A stretch of DNA of 64,000 nt from Candidatus Latescibacterota bacterium (GTDB lineage Bacteria; Latescibacterota; CBDEFO01), in assembly GCA_965237525.1 (NCBI GenBank), contig CBDEFO010000007.1, forward strand, positions 96,001 to 160,000. Direction: 5' to 3'. The notes below the pieces were generated by a model. The model saw only the letters and a list, made by a program, of their open reading frames with translations, did no database searches and was not told where the DNA came from. Of this stretch, positions 49,864 to 59,288 are shown one piece after another; the first letter of the stretch is position 1; the number at the start of each line of letters is the position of its first letter. Made by a program: the position numbers and the translations under genes.

Positions 49864-52677
49864 AATGCTGCCTACCTACCTTTTCGACCTGAATGTTGTA
49901 AGCAACACCGGGGACGATCCTGAGGTCGTTTCTCTCAGCCAGCGTGAACCCGAGCCTCTGTATCTTCGTGTTGGTGTTGCCGTCCCCTCCGAATATGAAC
50001 TTATATCCTGAGTTTGCACTCGATCCGTTGCCATAGATAATAACGTTGATGTTAGAGCTGTCGGGGGCCACAGTGTTAGCCTGAAATCTCACCCGCGTAT
50101 CGCCGGCAAAGCTCAGCCTGTTCCACAAAGTAGCATTGCCCGTTGAACTCCCTAATGCAGAGCCCACAGTCCAGCTACCCTCGCCTATTATCCACTCGTC
50201 GAGATCAGCAAAATCGTCCGCAAAGGTGAACCCCAAGGGAGTGGCGTGCGCTTCGTCCGAAAGACCGCTCCTGTCGCCCAGCGTGTCCACCGCCGCGACG
50301 CGGTAGTAGTACTTTGTCCCGTTCGATAGAGGCGCATCCGTATAAATATTACTGGTGGGACCCGCTATGGAGTCGGAGGGAGTTGGCACAAAGCCCTTTG
50401 TCGTGCTCCTGTACAGGATGAAATGATCGAAGATACCCTGCGTGTTAGGCGACCAATTCAGAGAAACCTCCGAATCCCCTCCCAGGGCACTAAGCCCCGC
50501 AGGCGTCATTACAGGAGGAGGAGGTCCTGTTCCCTCCACGACTACGTTGACCGTATCCGGGAGGCTCGCATCCAGACCGTCGTCCACAGTCAACTTGAAA
50601 GAGAATATCTCCGCAAAGTCCATAGCAGGAGCAAGAAATGTAGGGCTTACGGCCGACGAACTCGACAGCGAAACTGCCGTCCCTGCTATCTGCATCCAGT
50701 TGAAGGAAAGAGAGTCCCCGTCCGCGTCGCTGCTTCCCGAACCATCCAGCGCCACCTCGACATTTGCGTTGACTATCTGATCTTGTCCGGCGTTCGCCAG
50801 GGGGATCGCATTGAGGAAAGTAAACCCAGCCTCAAGTGTATCCACCAGACCGTTGGGATTTGTGACTATCACATCCACGTTTCCTACAGCATGAGCGGGA
50901 GTCGTTGCATTGATGACCGAATCGGAGGATACGATTATATCCGTAGCTGAGCTATCCCCGAAAGCCAGAGCAGCCCCATCCATAAAGCCGCTCCCGATGA
51001 TCGTCACCGACGTAGCGCCCAATTTCGTGCCGGCGGCAGGGCTGATGGATACTACATCGGGAGCCGGCGTCACCGTGACAATCACCAAAGCAGAGTCGGT
51101 ATTTGCTCCGTCGCTTATGACATATTGGAGCGTATCATTACCTGAGAAACCCACGTCCGGCGTATACGTCACCGTTGTGTCACCCGGGTCAATGGCGGCA
51201 GAGCCGTTCGGAGGATCAGTTATGCTGATTACAGTAAGCGGATCACCGTTCGGGTCGGAGTCGTTCGCCAGAACGTCAACAGTAACAGCGCTGCCCTGTG
51301 GCGTACTTGCAGTGTCGTTCACAGCGAGGGGGATAACAGCGACAAATTCAAATCCGCCAGAGAGCGTATCTGCCTGACCATCGGGATTTGTAACTATCAC
51401 GTCCACAGTGTCAGCAGGATGTGCAGGCGTCACAGCAGTAATAACAGTATCCGACGCTACGACTACACTATCGGCTGTGATACCATCGAAAGAAACAGTA
51501 GCTCCGCTCTGGAAACTGCTGCCTTTTATCGTCACAGGTGTACCACCCAATTCCGGGCCCGAAGCAGGATCAATAGATGTAACAGCAGGAGGCTCCACTA
51601 CCTTACGTATCCGGTGATTGAGCCTATCCGTAATATAGATATTGCCCAATCCATCCACGAATACGCCAGAAGGAGAATTCAAACTGGCATCGGTAGCAGT
51701 ACCTCCATCACCGGAAAATCCAGGAGTGCCATCTCCAGCCACGGTGGTTATGACGCCCGATGTACCGACCTTACGTATCCGATCATTGTTCTCATCCGCT
51801 ATATAGATAACTCCAGATCCATCCACGAATACGCCCAAAGGCTGACTCAAACTCGCACTGATAGCAGTACCTCCATCACCGGAAAATCCACCAGTGCCAT
51901 TTCCCGCCACCGTGGTGATGACGCCCGATGTATCGACCTTGCGTATTCGGTGATTGTTTAAATCCGCAATATAGATATTGCCCGATCCATCCACGAATAC
52001 GCCAGAAGGCTCATTCAAACTCGCGTCGGTAGCTGGACCAACATCACCGGAAAATCCAGCAGTGCCATTCCCCGCCACGGTGGTGATGACGCCCGATGTA
52101 TCGACCTTGCGTATCCGCTGATTCTGACGATCCGCTATATAGATAATCCCCGATCCATCCACGAATACACCAGAAGGGTTATGCAAGCTCGCACTGGTAG
52201 CTGGACCAACATCACCAGAAAATCCAAACGTGCCATTTCCTGCCACGGTGGTGATGGTGTCCGCTGACGTATCCACCTTGCGTATCCGGGCATTGCCTGT
52301 ATCCGCAATATAGATATTGCCCAATCCATCCACGAATACGCCATAAGGCTCATTCAAACTTGCAGTGGTAGCTGAACCTCCATCACCGGAAAATCCACCA
52401 GTGCCATTTCCTGTCACGGTGGACATGATGCCTGACGTATTCACCTTACGTATCCGGTGATTGCTCGCATCCGCGATATAGATATTGCCCGATCCATCCA
52501 CGAATACGCCACGAGGAAAATTCAAACTTGCACTGGTGGCTGCACCACCATCACCAGAAAAACCACCAGTGTCAGTTCCTGCCACGGTTGAGATGATGCC
52601 CGGTGTAGCAGCAACTGTAGAGACAAATGCAAACATCCAAAAACCCAAAAGCAAAATACTAATCAGAATCTCTTTAA
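49757..52677 (-). pseudogene. Giant surface protein, 5' fragment (NHL repeat propeller, IPT/TIG x2, Big_9-like, PKD-like, FN3, concanavalin-like)
   Basis: Six ~56-aa VAG.G..GFSGDGG.AT.ASL..P.GVFVDG.G.IYIAD..N.RIRKV repeats. The native start (ATG 54224) is separated by IS copy 3. Confidence 0.85.
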
Positions 52678-54198
52678 AAGCCTTGTGAAAAACCCTTAGA
52701 TTCAGAAAATAGTATAAAACAAGCATTGATAAAGCAGCTCCGATGTATTATATTATGTTATTGATAGTATTATACATGGAGGAAACAATGACCCCACAAA
52801 AGCAGGAACAGACAAGTCCGATATTTCACTATTTTCAGATGGAGGATTTAGTTCCCGAGGATCATATCCTTCGTCAGATTGATGAGGCAGTTGATTTTTC
52901 ATTTGTACGAGACGTTGTATCAGATTGTTATTGCCCTGACAATGGCAGACCCGGTATTGATCCTGAATTAGTTGTTCGAATGATCCTTATTGGCTATCTG
53001 TATAATTTGAGTGAGAATCGGCTCTGTCAGGAAGTGGGGATGCATGCGGCATATCGGTTGTTTTGTCATCAGACATTTGATGATGCGGTTCCGGATAGGA
53101 GCACGATCAACAAGCTTCGCAATCACAAGTGGGCATCCAGTGGGTTGTTTGAACGGATAATGCGTCAGGTAGTCCAGTGTTGCATAGATGTCGGTGTTGT
53201 GAGCGGTAAACACCTTAGTGTCGACGGCACTCAGATACAAGCTGATGCTTCAGTGAAAAGTATTGAGCCGATAGAACCCCCTGTTTCTCTTGATGATTAT
53301 CTCAAGGGAATCGGTTTTGAAGGTGATAAGACAAAGGGTAGGTCCGGGCATCCTCAGGATAAAGACTTTCATGGTGAAAGGTGGACGAACCAAACACACC
53401 GTTCGACTACAGACCCCGACGCGCGCTTATACAGCAAATCGAAGGGCAAAGGGGCTTTTCTCTCTCGTTTATGGGCCATGATCTGATCGACACAAAAAGC
53501 AGAGTAATCCTTGAGACTCAGGGCACGCAGGCGACAGGGACAGCAGAGCCCGAAAGTGCCCTTAAGATGGTAGATGACCTTGAAACATACACCATGCCCA
53601 AAGACATTCAGACACTTAGTGCCGATACCGGTTACGGTTCTGGTAATTTTATCGCTGATGTACTTGACCGGGGAATCATACCCCATATTCCTCTGCGAGC
53701 CGATGAGAAGATTGAACCGATTCCTACATGGAAAAACAAGACAAATCCAGCACATATTCAGGCCGAACGGGATAGAAAAGTGCGAGAGGCGAAAGCCAGA
53801 AATCATGCACGGTCTATCTCATTAACAGCTGACTACAAACTCTCCCGGAGACTCCGTAAACGCAGTGAACATATCTTTGCTGAAGCCAGGCAACAACACG
53901 GTATGGGACGAGCCCGTTACAGAGGACCAGCCTCACTGAATGAACAGTTGAATCTTGTTGCAACAGTACAGAATCTCAAGAGGCTTGTATCTTTCATAAG
54001 AAGGGGGAAAGCGTCTATGTGTGCCCTGTCTGTCAAAGACAGTGCATCCTGTTCTTCAAACAGCTCCTGTTCCTTGCTGACCAGAACTCTGATAAGACTA
54101 TTTTGCTTATTCCACAGCAAAACGATACGATATGCTACTCTTTGACCCATAATCGGCGCTTCAGACGCTGCCTGGGACATAACTATTTCACAAGGCTT
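52678..54198 (+). mobile_element. IS1182-family insertion sequence, copy 3 (1521 bp)
   Basis: Same TIRs; TSD TTAA on both sides. Confidence 0.95.
52743..54145 (+). pseudogene. IS1182 transposase frameshifted by an extra CT at ~53460
   Basis: TTTTCTCTCTCG versus TTTTCTCTCG in the other copies; split into ORFs 52743-53486 and 53381-54145. Confidence 0.88.
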
Positions 54199-54427
54199 TT
54201 AAAGTGATCCTTTTTCGTGTTCATTTTATTATACCCCCTACTTTAATAGTGCATTCCAGTAAGTGTTTAGGTCTATTGAAGCTGTTTAGGAAATTAGCAC
54301 AACTTAATATACCATATCAACTTTATCTTGCTCGTGACAGGGGTCACATCTTAATAAGTATTTTTGTGATCCTCCGGTCCACAGGACATAAGAAGCGCGG
54401 ACTCGCTAAAGGCACAAATTTGCAGTG

Positions 54428-54456
54428 AATATATAAAACTTTAGTGTAAATGTCAA
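54428..54456 (-). promoter_or_regulatory. Putative sigma70 promoter of the giant surface-protein gene
   Basis: TTGACA-N17-TATATT, about 200 bp upstream of ATG 54224. Confidence 0.5.
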
Positions 54457-54522
54457 CAAGAGTTTTAATTTGTGATTCGGGAAGGTTGTATTTCGCAGGA
54501 AATTGTCGCACATCGAACATCT

Positions 54523-54700
54523 GTAGGGGTATACCCGCGTGTCTGCCCGGAAAATTAGGGCGAACACATGGGTTCGCCCCTACGTAGAATGGGCAATTCG
54601 GGCATGTCAGACAGGAATGCCTGACCCACCACACATGGGGCCGCCCTGCGGGCCTCCAAACAAGGAGCTTGAATGTAAGGGCGGGGTTATGCCCCCCTGG
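54523..54700. repeat. REP-like palindrome cluster
   Basis: GTAGGGGTATACCCGCGTGTCTGCCC...GGGCGAACACATGGGTTCGCCCCTAC doublet; GTCAGACAGGAATGCCTGACCCACC (also at ~42093). Confidence 0.65.
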
Positions 54701-54705
54701 AGCGA

Positions 54706-55305
54706 GGCGCCGTGGGTAATATCATCAGTATCGTCAATATCCAGAATGATACCCTTTGGTGGTTTTTCATATGAATCTATGAACCGATCTACGAATACTT
54801 CTTCTATTTTGTAGAGTTCTTTGGAGCAGATGGAGTTTTCAAAACGACTCATAGTGGGCTGACTTGCCAAATGGGCCTCAGAGGGGAGCCTGTCGCAGGA
54901 GACCTTGAACCCAGGATCGGCCCTCAGATAATCTGAATCGTTAGTATCTTCATAACCACATATAATCTGAAAAATACGTTGATTCAGGAGTTCCCCGATA
55001 TGATGCTGTACATAGCTTTGATGACGATCATCACCTATAGCCTCTGCAAGGTGTTCTATGATCCCAATTTTCTTTGCAACTTCTTTCAAAGCAAGGACTC
55101 CAGCATCGGATGTCACATCTCCACCGGTGAAATCTACAGTCACTTTCTTGCCAGAAACGTCTTTCAACTTAAGCGAAACTTGTATATCTTCATTCATGGC
55201 AGTGCCTCTTTAATTTTCGGGATTGTTTTTGTAATTATACTACCTAACTATAATACAATTCAATCCCTTAATTAATGCACTGCCTTTTCTCGTTAATTAT
55301 TCGGG
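54706..55305 (-). mobile_element. Truncated IS1380-family element (left end + N-terminal transposase, ORF 54607-55197)
   Basis: FTGGDVTSDAG, QRIFQIICGYED.ND...LRADP, LASQPTMSRFEN and LDIDDTDDITHG; left TIR CCCGAATAATTAAC at 55305. Confidence 0.85.
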
Positions 55306-55902
55306 TTAGGTCTTTTTCTGGGCTTCTTCTTTTTCCAGAATCTCTTTTATCTCCTCCTCTCGCCATTTAGCTCTGTCGAATTTAAGATGCTCAGCTGTGA
55401 CGTTTCGGGGAATTTCAAATACGATCTGTCCTCTTATCACCTCGTCCCTTTCCAAGTAGAACTCTCCAAACTCGCCGCCCTGCTCTATAAACAGTGGTGA
55501 ATTGGACAGAGGAAAGTGATCCTTTCCGTCTGAGTCCACAAGTAAAAAGCATTCTCTTAGGGTCGGATAGGCAAGTTTGAAGCGACATTCCATCTCCAAG
55601 TAGAGCACAACGAACTGCTTGTCCTTCCGTGGAATAACGCCCTGATACCTCGGTACGGTCACCACCTTGTCCACAGTGACGATCATAGGTTTCCTCACCC
55701 TCGATGCTAAATCGGGTAGCATTTCAAAGGGAGAAAGTGATGAGTCTTTGAACTGCATGTAGAGCATAACAGGTATCGTTAAAATAGCCAGTCCAAAGAC
55801 CAATCTGTGAACAAGAAGTATTTTTCCCGTGCTCCTCTTTAAGAGGGACTCTCCAGATCGGGAGTATTTACTTTGGCGGCTGTATCTATCTTTCCCTATC
55901 AT
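55306..55902 (-). CDS. Membrane-anchored hypothetical protein (DUF4352-like Ig fold)
   Basis: One TM helix, then VTVDKV...QFVVLYLE...FLLVDSDGK...RGQIVFEIP. Confidence 0.55.
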   Translation of the reverse strand: MIGKDRYSRQSKYSRSGESLLKRSTGKILLVHRLVFGLAILTIPVMLYMQFKDSSLSPFEMLPDLASRVRKPMIVTVDKVVTVPRYQGVIPRKDKQFVVLYLEMECRFKLAYPTLRECFLLVDSDGKDHFPLSNSPLFIEQGGEFGEFYLERDEVIRGQIVFEIPRNVTAEHLKFDRAKWREEEIKEILEKEEAQKKT

Positions 55903-55904
55903 AG

Positions 55905-56172
55905 CCCGATTAATTCATAAACTTGGTGGAGTCATTGTGAGGAGCAAAGCGGTCCCCGATTGAGTCTATCGGGGAAGCAATCTCAAGGTTTTATAGTGGT
56001 CTCCTATGAGAGCCGCAGAGTATTACATCTACCACAGTAACCCCCGATTAAATCTATCGGGGGGATTGCTTCGCCTTCGGCTCGCAATGACACCGAAGGC
56101 GGTTAAACGGCATAACTATAATATAATACAAACCCTTAATTAAAACACGTCCTTTTTTGTGAATTATTCGGG
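55905..56172. mobile_element. IS1380-related MITE, copy 2 (268 bp)
   Basis: Same TIRs as copy 1; TSD ATAG; palindromes at 55955-55973 and 56043-56061. Confidence 0.88.
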
Positions 56173-56192
56173 ATAGGAAACCATTGTGCTGT

Positions 56193-56672
56193 CTATTTAA
56201 ATTTCTCTGTCAATCTTCGATAGGTTTCCTCCAGTCCCTCAGAGATCACCTTGGTATCCCCAATTATGGGCATAAAATTCGTATCCCCTTTCCATCTGGG
56301 AACGATGTGCAGATGAACGTGCTCTTCTATGCCCGCTCCGGCGACGCGGCCTATGTTCATTCCCATGTTGAAGCCCTGGGGATTCAAGGCTTCCTGGAGA
56401 GTAGACAGGGACATCTCCATTAACTTGAACATCTCCAGCTTCTCGTCGTCCGACAGATCGCCGATCTGAGAGGTATGTCTCTTAGGAACGATCATCAGAT
56501 GGCCGTTGTTGTAAGGGAAGAGGTTCATAATAACATATACCACTTTTCCCCTTTTGAGGATCAGATTCTCCTTATCTTTGTTCTCCTCCCACTTGTCGCA
56601 GAATATGCAACCTTGGGAGTTGTCAACGCTCTCTATGTATTTGATCCTCCAGGGCGCCCAGAGATTTTCCAT
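56193..56672 (-). CDS. HIT family hydrolase (Ap4A phosphorylase-like)
   Basis: LWAPWR, CIFC, NLFPYNNGHLM and HVHLHIVPRW. Confidence 0.92.
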   Translation of the reverse strand: MENLWAPWRIKYIESVDNSQGCIFCDKWEENKDKENLILKRGKVVYVIMNLFPYNNGHLMIVPKRHTSQIGDLSDDEKLEMFKLMEMSLSTLQEALNPQGFNMGMNIGRVAGAGIEEHVHLHIVPRWKGDTNFMPIIGDTKVISEGLEETYRRLTEKFK

Positions 56673-56680
56673 AGTTTGTC

Positions 56681-58561
56681 CTATCTTTTTATGGCTATTT
56701 TCCCAGTCTTTTCAAAGTCTTTAGCCTGGATGAGATAGTAATAAATACCGCTTGACACATCTTCGCCTGAGGCATTCTGCCCGTTCCAGAATGGGACTCT
56801 GCTCCCTTTAGTGTAGTCTCCGGCCTGAAGCAAGCTGTTGAAGGCAATAATACTCCTCACCAGTTCGCCAGAGGATGAGAATATGCTCAAAGACACCGCA
56901 GAGTCTTGCGCTAAACTGATGGGGAAGAATATACTGCCGCTTGAAGGATTGGGAAAGGGAGATTCGACCACTGTCTGGCTCGTAGTGGCGCTGGGATCAA
57001 ATATCGGATCTCGATCTTCTCCGTGTACCAGAGTATTCAGCGTATCTGCCGCCGCTAATCTTGCGGCGGCGTGGGCGTCCACTAATCCCCAACCGTAGAG
57101 CGTATCGGGTCCGGAGGGCCCCAGGTCTTTTGCTGTCTCCTTGAGGCTCCCTATTATCTGGGCAGGGCCCCACGAAGGATTGATCTGCAGAAGGAGAACG
57201 CACGCTCCTGCTACCACAGGAGCCGAAAAAGACGTGCCGTTGCGAGATTCATAGGAGTTAGGATCATTTGACGAAGCTACGACGACGTTGATTCCCCTTG
57301 CCACGACGTCCGGCTTTATCCGACTGTCGGCTGTCGGACCGAGGGAACTGAAGGTCGCCAGTCCGTTCCCTGCGTCAATAGCTCCCACTGTTATAACGCT
57401 TTCGGCGTCAGCGGGAACGGTTATCTTCTGCCAGGGAGTGTTCCCCTGGTTCCCGGCGGAGACTACGACCGTAATCCCCTTTAAGACCGCTATCTGGGCT
57501 GCAATAGTAGTCTTGGCGGTCTTTCCGTCCAGATCCTTGAGAGTATAACTTTCCCCCGTCCCTTCATCCCAGATATTATATCCCAGGGAACTGCTGACCA
57601 CATCTGCGCCGAGGCTGTCGGCCCACTCTATTCCGGCGAGCCAGAAGTCCTCCTCTATAGGCGTCTCGCTGGATACATCTTCGGTCTTCCCCAGAGCAAA
57701 CTCGGCGCCGAAGGCGGCCCCCACAAAATTTCCGGGATCGTAGCCTCCTATCGTCGAAAGGACCCAGGTTCCGTGAGATTCCTGCGGTCTCCCATGTTCA
57801 TCCTGGCCGTCCTGTCCCGGCTCGTCACGGACGTCGTCGTCTTTGTTTATGAAGTCCCTTTGAGCTACTATGTTTATCCCGGAAAACGCATTATGATTTA
57901 TGTCGTAGCCGGTATCCAGAAGGCATATTCTCACTCCTTCGCCGTGGTACCCCATGTCGTGGACAGCTATTACTCCTATATGATTCAGTTGGTCAAACGA
58001 CAGCCCGTAGTCAATTGTGGTGGAAGTACTTTCCTCTCTGTCGCGAAGAATTTTAGGAGAAATGTCCGAGGGAGACGGCTCAGAGCGTCTGTAGTGTTTT
58101 ACAGTTTCCACGAATTTAACGTATGAAAGCTCTTTTATCCCTTCGATCTGTTCTGCATTAGCCGAGACACTGACTCCGTTGAGCCAGCGGGAGACGACTC
58201 TGATTTTGGCTCCTGTCTTTTTTACCCCCTCTATGTATTCCTCATACACGGGCAGATCCCGAAAGTCCACCAACTCCTCTTGGGGCAAAACTTTTGCCCT
58301 CCTTTTCAAAGAGCGTTCGGATATTTGCCGGAAAGCCTTTTTATTCAGTTGGGACGAGCCGATGTCTCCCTTATCTTTAAACATCGCCCAGACGTTGTAG
58401 GTTTCATTTTCATCCCTACGGGACATCTTATCTCTAAGTTCCGCACTTATCTTGAAAGAGGGAAAAATACCTGCATAGCAGTATAAGGGAGCAATAAGAG
58501 AAATTATAATTGCGATTCCCACGATGCGGTTTTTGAACAGCCCCTTTATCCTATCTTTCAT
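56681..58561 (-). CDS. S8 subtilisin-like serine peptidase with C-terminal FlgD-Ig-like domain
   Basis: Catalytic triad LLDTG, HGTWV and GTSFSAP; SAGN; KPDV; PFPNP...WNG...SSGIY tail. Confidence 0.92.
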   Translation of the reverse strand: MKDRIKGLFKNRIVGIAIIISLIAPLYCYAGIFPSFKISAELRDKMSRRDENETYNVWAMFKDKGDIGSSQLNKKAFRQISERSLKRRAKVLPQEELVDFRDLPVYEEYIEGVKKTGAKIRVVSRWLNGVSVSANAEQIEGIKELSYVKFVETVKHYRRSEPSPSDISPKILRDREESTSTTIDYGLSFDQLNHIGVIAVHDMGYHGEGVRICLLDTGYDINHNAFSGINIVAQRDFINKDDDVRDEPGQDGQDEHGRPQESHGTWVLSTIGGYDPGNFVGAAFGAEFALGKTEDVSSETPIEEDFWLAGIEWADSLGADVVSSSLGYNIWDEGTGESYTLKDLDGKTAKTTIAAQIAVLKGITVVVSAGNQGNTPWQKITVPADAESVITVGAIDAGNGLATFSSLGPTADSRIKPDVVARGINVVVASSNDPNSYESRNGTSFSAPVVAGACVLLLQINPSWGPAQIIGSLKETAKDLGPSGPDTLYGWGLVDAHAAARLAAADTLNTLVHGEDRDPIFDPSATTSQTVVESPFPNPSSGSIFFPISLAQDSAVSLSIFSSSGELVRSIIAFNSLLQAGDYTKGSRVPFWNGQNASGEDVSSGIYYYLIQAKDFEKTGKIAIKR

Positions 58562-58565
58562 CCTT

Positions 58566-59246
58566 CTATCTTGTGTCTATCACCTCCACGCCTTGGGGAG
58601 GGCTAAATTGAAAGATGGAATCTTCCAGATCGGAATCTATCACCACGTTGGACAGTACATAGGTAGTTACATCCTCGTTTACATCCATCTGTTTCACCTT
58701 CAAGGTCACCCACTCTTTTTTATCTATCCATACTTTCATCCTGGTGATATAAGCATCCTTGCTGTTGGAGGTAAGCTCCAGGATGTGACATTTCTTCCCA
58801 GCCATCCTATCCTCGCCCAAATAGAGCGGATCGTAGTTTTGTGTGTACTCGAACAGTATCTTTTCTGGGCTGTCGGGATTACCCTGTGGATCGTATCTGG
58901 ATATGAGGACCTGATTGTTGTCGGGAGTATAGTTCCAGAGGTCTTTCCCATCTGTCACCAATGTCTGTTGATCGGTCTGAAGTCTGAATTTATGGGGCTT
59001 TTTGATGTATAACTTGCCCTTGAACTTCTGAGTCTGTTCGGCCAGTGACCAGTAGAAAGTCTTCTTAAAATCCGCCGAGAAGTCCTTCATATTCGCGAAC
59101 TTCTCCCTGACCTTTTTAAGCACCTCCTCCCCTTCAAGGGCGTGAGATGGGGAGTAAAAGCCAAGGATAAGAGCGAAATAGATTATGAGGATAATCATAC
59201 GCGAAATGGCGCTTAACATCTTTGGCCTTTGCGAAGTGCAGAGCAT
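58566..59246 (-). CDS. lolA: Outer-membrane lipoprotein carrier LolA
   Basis: FSADF, GKLYIKKPHKFR, VTDGKDLW and FQFSPPQGVEVID; downstream of ftsK. Confidence 0.82.
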   Translation of the reverse strand: MLCTSQRPKMLSAISRMIILIIYFALILGFYSPSHALEGEEVLKKVREKFANMKDFSADFKKTFYWSLAEQTQKFKGKLYIKKPHKFRLQTDQQTLVTDGKDLWNYTPDNNQVLISRYDPQGNPDSPEKILFEYTQNYDPLYLGEDRMAGKKCHILELTSNSKDAYITRMKVWIDKKEWVTLKVKQMDVNEDVTTYVLSNVVIDSDLEDSIFQFSPPQGVEVIDTR

Positions 59247-59288
59247 TTTGGCGAATTCTTACACTTTGAACAGTTCAATGGTGCAAGG

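Noticed and set aside
51600..52600. ~168-bp periodic repeats as a non-coding array
   Set aside because: They are in-frame NHL repeats of the giant protein.
52678..52726. ORF-track start MLVLYYFLNLRVFHKAF for the giant protein
   Set aside because: Derived from the IS end; the native start is at 54224.
2750..56061. Palindromes as a CRISPR array
   Set aside because: Copies are dispersed, with no regular repeat-spacer period and no cas genes.
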